Source: Vicugna vicugna (taxonomy: Eukaryota). Taken from it: a stretch of DNA of 32,887 bases. The translations under genes were made by a program, and so were the position numbers. The notes beneath the pieces were generated by a model that searched no databases, had not been told where the DNA came from, and saw nothing but the letters and a program-made list of their open reading frames with translations. Shown here piece by piece: positions 24,371 to 32,887 of the stretch. Each line of letters starts with the position of its first letter. Position 1 is the stretch's first letter. The stretch is taken from contig PNXW01002029.1 in assembly GCA_013265495.1 (NCBI GenBank), positions 1 to 32,887 on the forward strand. The letters are read 5' to 3'.

Positions 24371-25589
24371 TTCATTCCTCTGAGTAGAATCTATCTCCTA
24401 ATTGATTTTGAGTCTATAATAGAGATGAGTCTCAAGTAGTTAGATACATGAAGGCTATATAAACAAGAATGCTACGTGAGGGAGGCCAGTGTGGTCACAT
24501 CACCAAGGTGTTTACGAAACACAAGTTACAAATCTACTGATTTAAGCTCTTCATCCATAAATGATAACATTAAGCTGGAAGTCAGAGGTAAGGTAGAGTA
24601 TGGTGGTGGGGAGAAGAGGTGGGGTTAAAATCCATTTCCTAAGGTCGAACAATTAGGTGATGGGAGAAGTACTGGAGGAGAGTACAGATCCCTTGTGTGT
24701 TAAACCAGAGTATTTTCACATCAGTCAAGGATGATTATCCATGTGAAGACGATTAAAACTAATCAGTCTCTCCAAGTAAAGAAGTACATATTTTTCATGA
24801 AAAATACAAAACAATCCATCTTCATGGCATTATTGGATCAACCAATTGAAGTTCATTAACCATTAAACACCTAGAAATTCAGACAAGCAACTGATGCTTG
24901 CTACTGAATCAATGAGTTGTTTGATTTCAGAGCCTAAATAGTCCAGTCATGTGGGTAGTAACCCAGCAAACAAACAAACCCAGGGGAACCACATACATAC
25001 AGGCTGGCTCCCTCACATTCCCCACCAACTGAAGCAGATTAAATTAATAAATTTGCTCTTTTTATGGACATTATAAGCAGTGTAGGCATCTCGAGTGACA
25101 ATCAGCCAGGCAGAGAAACCAATTAACTAGTGGATCTAAATCACAAGAAAAAGGAGCCATTTCCTAAATGACCTGGATGCATTCCTGGTCTAAATTACTA
25201 AATTAATTACTTAATAAATCCTAACTCTTTGTTGGTTCGCAACTTCAGTCATTCATTTATCAAATTTTATTAAACAACCTCACTTTCTGTCTTAGACATT
25301 GAGAAACAGTGATGAGTCCAATGTTCTTACAACATAACGAGAGACAGAGTAGCTCCAAGTCGGTATTTTTAAGTTGATTCTTCTGAGCGTTCTTTAGATC
25401 CAAATTCCTGGAAAGTGAAAGAGAACGAAGGGGGAAGAGAATTATCTTCTGTCAAACCCGATTATACCTACCTGGTGATTTTAAATACAGAATCTTTGGC
25501 CCTGGGTGAAAGAAGATTAAAAGCAAGGGACTCATATGGGTCACACATCTTTGGATAGCTGCGTTTCCTTCTGATGCAGCAGAAAAGTA

Positions 25590-25770
25590 GATAATAACTT
25601 CTTACACTTACCCCAGTGCTTTCCACAGCAATTCACATATATTATCTCATCTGACTTTCATCTTCCCCCTAAGAGAGATAAGGCAAGGATCATTACTTCA
25701 GTTTTAAAGATGAGGAAATCAAGGTCTAGAAAGTTTAATGGATTCTCCAAAGCCTCATAACTTAGTGTCA
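25590..25770 (-). mobile_element. MIR SINE
   Basis: ttcacatatattatctcatctga…cagttttaaagatgaggaaatcaaggtctagaaagtttaatggattctccaaagcctcataacttag. Confidence 0.8.
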
Positions 25771-25841
25771 TTTTTGCATTCCTTTTAAAGGTGTGCTAAT
25801 CCTTACACTGAGACACTTTTACCAAATGGAGATAATTTCTT

Positions 25842-27606
25842 TTTTTAAACATCTTTATTGCAGTATAATTCCTGTACAGTAAACTGCACATATTTCAGAT
25901 GTGCAATTTGATGAATTTTGATAGATGTGTACACCCATGAAGCCACCACCACAGTCAAGGTAGCTAACATTTCCATCACTTCCCAAGAGGTGCAAATTTC
26001 AAACTCCTGATTTATCCCTTCCCACCCCCTTTATCTCACTGGTAACCAAAAATTTGTTCTCTATGTTTGTGAGTCTGTTACTGTTTTGTTGTGGATAAGT
26101 TCAGTTGTGTCCTTTTTTTTTTCAGATTCCACATATAAGTGATTCATATGGTATTTTTCTTTCTCTTTCTGGCCTACTTTACTTAGAATGACAATCTCCA
26201 GGTCCATCCAAGTTGCTGTAAATAGCATTATTTTATTCTTTTTTTATGGCTGAGTAGTATTCCATTGTATAAACATACCATATCTTCTTCATCCAGTCAT
26301 CTGTTAATGTACGTTTGGGTTGTTTCCATGTCTTGGCTATTGTAAACATTGCTGCTATGAACGGTGGGGTGCATGTGTCTTTTCAAATTATATTTTTCCC
26401 CAGATATATATGCCCAGGAGTGGGATTGCTGGGTCATATAGTAAGTTTAGTTTTAGATTTTTAAGGAACCTCCATACTGTCCTCCACAGTGGCTGCACCA
26501 ATTTATATTCCCACCAGCAGCGTAGGAGGGTTCCTTTTTCTCCAAACCCTCTCCAGCATTTATGGTTTGTGGACTTTTTAATAATGACCATTCTGACTGG
26601 TGTGAGGTGATATCTCATTGTAACTTTGATTTGCATTTCTGTAACAATTAGTGATGTTGAGCATCTTTTCATGTGCTTGTTGCCCATATGGATATGGAGA
26701 AATGTCTGTTTAGGTCTTCTGTCCATTTTTTTTTATTGTGTTGCTTGTTGTTTTGAAATAAAGTTGTAGGAGGTGCTTGTATATTTTGGAAATTAATCCC
26801 TTGTCAGTCTCATCATTTGCAAATATTCTCTCCCCTTCTGTAGGTTGTCTTTTTGTTTTATTGATGCTTTCCTTACCTGTGCAAAAGCTTTTAAGTTTAA
26901 TAGGTCCCATTTGTTTATTTTTGCTTTTACTTCCATTACTCTAGGAGCTACTTCAAAAAAAACGTTGTTATGATTTATGTGAACGAGTCCTCTGCCTATG
27001 CTTTCCTCTAGGAGTTTTACAGTACCTGGTCTTATATTTAGGTCTTTAATCCATTTTTCATTTATTTTTGTATATGGTGTTAGACAATGTTCTAATTTCA
27101 GTCTTATATAGGAAGCTGTCCCATTTTCCCAGCACCACTTATTGAAGAGACTGTCTTTTCTCCATTGTATATTATTGCTTCCTTTTGTCATAGGTTAATC
27201 AACTATAAGTGTATGGGTTTATTTCTGGACTTTCTATCCTGTTCCATTGTTCTATGTGTCTGTTTTGTGCCAAAATCGTATTTTTTTCTTTTAATTGAAG
27301 TGTAGTCAGTTTACAATGTTTTGTCAATTTCTGGTATACAGCACATTGGTTCAGTTTTGATTACTGTAGCTATGCAGTATAGTCTAAAGTCAGGGAGCAT
27401 GATTCCCCCAGATCCATTCTCCTTTTTCAAGACTGTTTTGGCTATTTGGGTTTTTTTGTGTTTCCATACAAATTTTAACATTTTTTTTATTATTCCAGCT
27501 CTGTGAAAAACATCATGAGTAACTTGATGGGGATTGCACTGAATCTGTATATTGCCTTGGGTAGTATGGCCATTTTAACAATATAGATTTTTCCAATCTA
27601 AGAACA
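25842..27606 (-). mobile_element. 5'-truncated LINE-1 with long TSD and chimeric 3' end
   Basis: Exact 23-bp repeat ttaccaaatggagataatttctt (25819-25841, 27616-27638); frameshifted ORF2 remnants in ORFs 26388-26726, 26710-26910 and 26793-27191 ([33 protein letters not shown]). Confidence 0.96.
27281..27356 (-). mobile_element. Tiny nested L1 3'-end insertion within host L1 ORF2
   Basis: tttttttcttttaattgaagtgtagtcagtttacaatgttttgtcaatttctggtatacagcacattggttcag interrupts ORF2 between gtgccaaaatcgta and ttttgattactgtagc. Confidence 0.85.
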
Positions 27607-28664
27607 GTGAAACACTTACCAAATGGAGATAATTTCTTGATTGAACAATATTCATGGACATTATCTGGATTTATTTAGCATAATGATGATGAACAGGCTT
27701 CAGCCTCTTTACTGATGCTGAATAGAGGTTGTATCAAGATTTTTGCTTGGGCAATCCTCTGCATTGCCCTCCCTCCTCCTCCTTTCTTTTATTCAACCAC
27801 TGACATCTATGGCAGGTCCTTGGTGAGCCATGAAGCCTCACGTGGCTTCTCAAATCTACATTGCTCAGCAACTTCTCTGAATTCCTTTAGCTTTGCAAAG
27901 GGGAGCAATATTTGAATATTTCATTTGTTGGTTTTTTTATTTATTAATTAAGATACTATGCTAGGTCTCAAGGCAAAGAAGGAAGAGTAATGTTTCTTTA
28001 CTGCTTAGTCAGAGCCTGCCATCTGGCAAGGCAGGGCGAGTTAGGGCAGCCCACTGCGCAGGGCCAGGAACATGCTTTGTTGGAGCTCCCAATATGATGG
28101 GGGCTCTAAAGGGGAAAGACCCATTCTGCACAGGGAAGAACATAAAGACTTTCAACAATTTGTTCATGTATTTCTTTAGGCTACTGTCTAATATTTCATT
28201 TGTCTCACTTTTATAATCCCTGCTTGAATGCTGCAAGCTAGAAGGATTTCCATCCAAGGGAGTGTACCTGGTCTACTGGTTAAGGTCAAGCACAGGAGAG
28301 AACAAATTATTCAACACAGAATAAAGTAAGCATCAGCTATCTACCTCCTAAAGGAAATATCTACACGGGAGAGAAACAAATATCAAAAGCAGCAAATCTG
28401 CTGGGCTTTCCACGAGAACTCCTTTGAAGGGAATAGCATTTATTTGAAGGGAAAACTCCCAACACATTTATAAAAGTCATTCACATTGTCATTTTTCATA
28501 TGACTTCAATGCTGTGCCAAATCCTCATATTGACTGAGGATGAAGATGGGGTGAGAAGGGAAGTAGGGGTGGGCAGAAACACAAAAAAGAAAATGCACAA
28601 TCTGTAGCCTTTCATTTTAATTTGGAGACATGCATATGCAAGGGATAGAATTAAGTAACAGTGA

Positions 28665-28835
28665 CAGGTGGGATATGACTTAGGGCCAAAGAGTCATCTG
28701 TAGCCTGAGGGATTCTACTAGAGTGGAAATCAGCTTGGCATTTTCAGGAAATCTTCACGCAGAAGGTAGAGCTAATTGGACATTGAAGACCAGGTTGAAT
28801 TTGGCCAGTGAGACAGTCAGGGAAGGCTGTTAAGG
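28665..28835 (-). mobile_element. Possible L2 fragment
   Basis: tcaggaaatcttcacgcagaaggtagagctaattggacattgaagaccaggttgaatttggccag resembles antisense L2c. Confidence 0.45.
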
Positions 28836-29394
28836 AGAATCCACATTTACCCAGCAGCCCTTGTAAACAAGAACCCTGGGGCAGTTTCCAGGATAGCATA
28901 GAGAGGGTTTTTCCCTCATCCATGACCCTAAGTGGCCCTTGCGCTCATTAGCACCAATTGAGCCAATTGAGTCCAGTTATGTGGGACACGGAAGACCCTG
29001 TCTCTGCCCTCACAGTATTTACTATACAATTAGCCAGAAAATGTGAGGGTAAGAGAAGGAAGGAAATGCTTCTAAAGACAAAGTGATTTGAGGGGCTTGG
29101 GGAGAGTGGCTATCTACAGGGATTAACAACATAGGTAATTGCCCAATTCTCTTTCCTATTTGTCACAGCAGATGTGGGCTTGGCCTCAAATTGCAAATTG
29201 CCTGAAAGAGGCTTCCTGTTGTCATTCTCTGTGCCTGTGCTCTTGCTCCCCTGTAAGGTTAAGAACAGCTGTTCACTACCCCATCCACATACCTGGAAAA
29301 CAGCTGTAATTAATGTGGATAACTTTAATTGAGAAAAATGTTAGTTCAGCCTCGGAGGCTGCCTGGTTTAGGAGAAAGAAGACGGACGGACAGT

Positions 29395-29590
29395 ATATTT
29401 GGAGACCTGATTTGCCAATACCCTGTTGTGTGATTTTAGGCAATGTCCTTGAACTCATCCTTGCACAGTGAGGAATGGTAATAATCACCTGCTTATCTAT
29501 CTCCTGGGGCGATTACAAGGGTGAAATGTGATCATAGGTAAGAAAACATATAGGTACCTACAAAACACTATACATGCTTCAGGGAAATTT
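29395..29590 (+). mobile_element. MIR SINE
   Basis: ggagacctga…tgtgtgattttaggcaatgtccttgaac…aggaatggtaataatcacctgctta…aagggtgaaatgtgatcata. Confidence 0.6.
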
Positions 29591-31214
29591 AACCTCAATT
29601 GCCCAAAAAGCGTGGAGCAACTAAATGCATTTATTTTTTCCTTTGGCCATGTACTTAAGAAAGAATAGTGGGTCAGGGAGTGGGTGGATAGGAATAAAAT
29701 ATCAAGATTTTTATCTTCCATTCTTAACTACATATTTGAGGTACTATAACGTGTGCTTCCATTTCCAAACATACATACTTTGACGTTTTCCATTTGCAAA
29801 ATGAGTATGCTAACCGACCCTTACTGAGGAAGAAGAAATACCACATTTATAAATTAAAGGGAAGATTTTTCAAAAGAAACCATGATTAGTATTTATTAAT
29901 CACATACTAGGTGCCCAGATTTATGCTACAAACTTAAATGTGCACAAAAATGTTTAAAAATGATAAAGAACAAGAATAAACTAGCAATTCATTTTGCAAA
30001 ATATCATAGAAACAGTAAGAGTAATACTCTTAAAAATTCTGTCCAATGCCTATAATTCTTTTTGTTGCCTGTACTAAATTATATGTACTAAAATTTTGTA
30101 GCTTAAGTTTGCTATCCAAACTCTCCATGAATATTCAACTAGAAAAGAAAAATACAGTGATCTTTTTACTCTTGGTAAAGGCAAATTATTGTTTTTGGAG
30201 GATGCATTGGATATTTACAAACAATGATCATCTGGAGACAAATATGATAAAATTAGTTTTGTTGAGAATAGAAGGACTATTATTCGAATGGCAATTCTCT
30301 AGAAAATTAATCTAGGATATATGTTAAGTAAATGGAAAATAGATTCCATTTCACTGGCTTTCGCTCTCACCCATAAATGGCAGCTCCTCATTTTCTAATA
30401 TCACAGGATTGAAAACTTGCAAAGATTTTTTAGCTTCCCTTACCCTCACATTCAATACCTATACTCATGTCTTTGAAACGTCACTAATATTAATTCTTAT
30501 CTTTCTGTTTTGACTTCCATGAGTACATAAGTTCCATACTACATAAGTTCTAAGAGCTCCAAGCTCTTTTTGAGATAATAATTAGCTTATTATTTTTGCA
30601 AGAATTAGCATGAAATTATGTATATAAAGTTTCTAGCCATTCCTGACACCATAAGCATATGGTGAGCATTCAAATATATCAGCTATCATTTATTCTGCCT
30701 TATACACACATTATTGAAACAGCCTCTTATCGCTCTGTCATGTTTCACAGCTTCCATCATTAGTACATCCTGGACCCTATCATCAGGTGAGCTTTTCTAA
30801 GTTAATGCTTTGCTTATATGATTTGCCTGTTTTAGAAGACTTCTCTGCATTGATTTCAGAATGAGAAGCAGTATTTTTGGAAGTCATTAATAATGTATCC
30901 TCAGCATATTTAGCTAGTCTTATTTTTATGAATCCCTTATACAATACATTTCCTTTAACATGTCTGAATCCCCTTCTTCTGCTTGAGTGTAATGCTGTTT
31001 CTGCCACATTAATAACAACAAAATTCAGCATATCATACTTAGCCTTCCTCCTCACCTCTCCCACCCTCCCCACCCCATGCCCCACCCAAAAAAAAAAAGC
31101 AAAAGGAAAATGACACAGTTTTATCCCTGGAGGGGCTTATAATTCTACTAGGGTCAAGCCTAAAATAAGCTTAAGTCTAAGCATGTGTGAAATAGAAAAC
31201 AAAACAAGTCAGCA

Positions 31215-31450
31215 GAACTCATGCATGCATGAACATATCAAATACTGTTGAATGCCTACTATGTTAACCAATCAGAAGCTCACTACATTAGGCATTCATA
31301 TACTGAAGTGATCTCTGAGGATGAGATAGGAAAAGAGAACCCGGAGGAAAGTCCAGACTTAAACAGAGCTTGTAAAATGTCCAGATTTTAAGTTGGAAAA
31401 AGAGAAGAGGATAAGTAAGAAATAAAGAAGGCAGAGAGGACATGTGTACC
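31215..31450 (-). mobile_element. LINE-2 3' fragment
   Basis: caaatactgttgaatgcctactatgt is the antisense L2 terminus, followed by purine-rich L2-like sequence. Confidence 0.5.
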
Positions 31451-31466
31451 AAATAGATCCAAGCGT

Positions 31467-32254
31467 ATTTTTTAAATTGAGGTATAATTGACCTACAGCA
31501 TTATATTGATTTCAGTTGTAGAACATAATGCTATGGTATGGTTATGTATTGTGAAATTCACAGTTAGTCTACTTAACATCTGTTATTATAGATAGTTACA
31601 GCTTTTTTTCTTGTGATGATTTTTAAGATTCTTCTCTCTTACCAACTTTTAAGTATGCCATATGATATTATTAACTATAATCACCATGTTGTGCATTATA
31701 TCCCTGTGACATTTATTTTATAACTGGAAGTTTGTACCTTTTGACTCCCTTCACTCATTTTGCCCATCCCTCACCCCCACACCTCTGGCAACCACCAATC
31801 TGTTTTCTGTATCTATCAGCGTGGTTTTTTGATTGTTCTTTTTAAAATTCCATATGTAAGTAGGATCATACTGTATTTGTCTTTCTTTGTCTGACTTAGT
31901 TCACTTAGCACAATATCCTCAAGATCCACCCATGTTGTTGCAAATGTAAGATTTCCTTGATATGTGATATATATATGATATATATAAGTGATATATATGA
32001 TATATAAATGATATATGGTATATAAAAATGATACATATGATATATAAAAATGTATGTGTATATATGTGATATATGTATTATATTTTCTTTATCCATTCAT
32101 CCATCAATGGACACTTAGGTTGTTTCTGTATCTTGTCTATTGTAAATAATGCTGCAATGAACATGAAAGTACATTTATTTTTTTGTTAGTGTTTTCATTT
32201 CTTTTGGGTGAATACCCAGAGTTGGAATTGCTGGATCATATGGTAGTTCTATAT
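31467..32254 (-). mobile_element. Older L1 3' region (L1MA9-like), interrupted at its right end by a younger L1
   Basis: aaattgaggtataattgacctacagcattata…ataactggaagtttgtacctttt…cctctggcaaccacc…gctggatcatatggtagttctat. Confidence 0.92.
31959..32080. repeat. AT-rich compound microsatellite (TA/TGA-interrupted)
   Basis: Repeated gatatatat/tgatatata units expanded inside the L1 3'UTR. Confidence 0.85.
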
Positions 32255-32887
32255 TTATTTTTTAAAAAAATTTTATTGAAGTATAGTTGATTTACAATGT
32301 TGTGTTATTTTCTGGTGTAGAGCATAGGGATTGATTTATACATACATACATATATTTCTTTTCATATTTTTTATTAAAGGATATTACAAAGTATTTAATT
32401 TTTTATGCTAGACAGTAGGACCTTGTTGCTTATCTATTTTATACATACTTGTAAGTATCTACAAATCCCGAACTCCTAGTTTATCCCTCCATACTCCCTT
32501 GCCCCCAGTAACCATAAGTTTGTTTTATAAATCTGTGAGTTTGTATTTGCTTTATAAATAAGTTAATCTATGTGTTTTTTTAATTTAATTTTATTTTTTA
32601 GATTCCACATATAAGTGATATCACATGGTATTTTTCTTTCCCTTTCTGGCTTACATCACTTAGTATGATGATCTCCAGGTCCATCCATGTTGCTGCAAAT
32701 GGCATTATTTCATTCTTTTTTCTGGCTGAATAGTATTCCATTGTATAAATAAATAAATAAATAAATAAATAAATACACACACACACACATGTATATACTT
32801 ATATATGTATATGTGTATATATGTGTATATATATATGTGTATATATATATCACAGATTCTTTATCCAGTCATCTGTCACTTAGGTTA
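32255..32887 (-). mobile_element. Younger L1 3'UTR nested in the older L1; runs off the window edge
   Basis: ttttattgaagtatagttgatttacaatgttgtg…gattccacatataagtgatatcacatgg…ctccaggtccatccatgttgctgcaaatggc. Confidence 0.93.
32745..32850. repeat. Compound (TAAA)n-(CA)n-(TA/TG)n microsatellite
   Basis: (TAAA)7, then a CA run, then TATG/TA repeats within the L1 3'UTR. Confidence 0.92.

Noticed and set aside
29169..29252. Exon-like segment (acceptor ctctttcctatttgtcacag/cag, donor cct|gtaagg, 84 or 81 nt)
   Set aside because: Weak donor, no recognisable peptide and no partner exons; cannot be distinguished from a pseudo-exon without RNA data.
29980..30330. Possible very old L1ME ORF2-end relic
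   Set aside because: Similarity too faint to call by eye.
30523..30550. Short direct repeats (tacataagttc x2; similar ones near 22511-22562, 28953-28971 and 30070-30094) as array or CRISPR-like structure
   Set aside because: Only two copies each with no regular repeat-spacer pattern; ordinary slippage duplications in eukaryotic DNA.

Overview
Mammalian non-coding genomic DNA, almost certainly camelid (camel/alpaca/llama), judged from a Vic-1-type tRNA-derived SINE at 18759-18907 and cetartiodactyl-style L1 3' ends. I find no credible host protein-coding exon, RNA gene or prokaryote-type system. The recognisable ORFs are LINE-1 ORF2 remnants and the rest look like chance frames. The window is a layered repeat landscape: about ten 5'-truncated L1 insertions of several ages (nearly all on the minus strand, some nested, some with clear target-site duplications), three MLT1 MaLR solo LTRs, hAT MITEs, MIR/L2/L3 relics and microsatellites. 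The most unusual structure is a 548-bp retrotransposed chimera at 19180-19727. It has a perfect 17-bp TSD, an antisense L1 ORF2 piece, then about 186 bp of apparently non-L1 sequence with its own AATAAA and poly(A). A second oddity is the L1 at 25842-27606, with a chimeric 3' end and a long (23 bp exact, possibly about 32 bp) TSD. Repeat subfamily names come from remembered consensus sequences, not from a database search, and the boundaries of old repeats are approximate.
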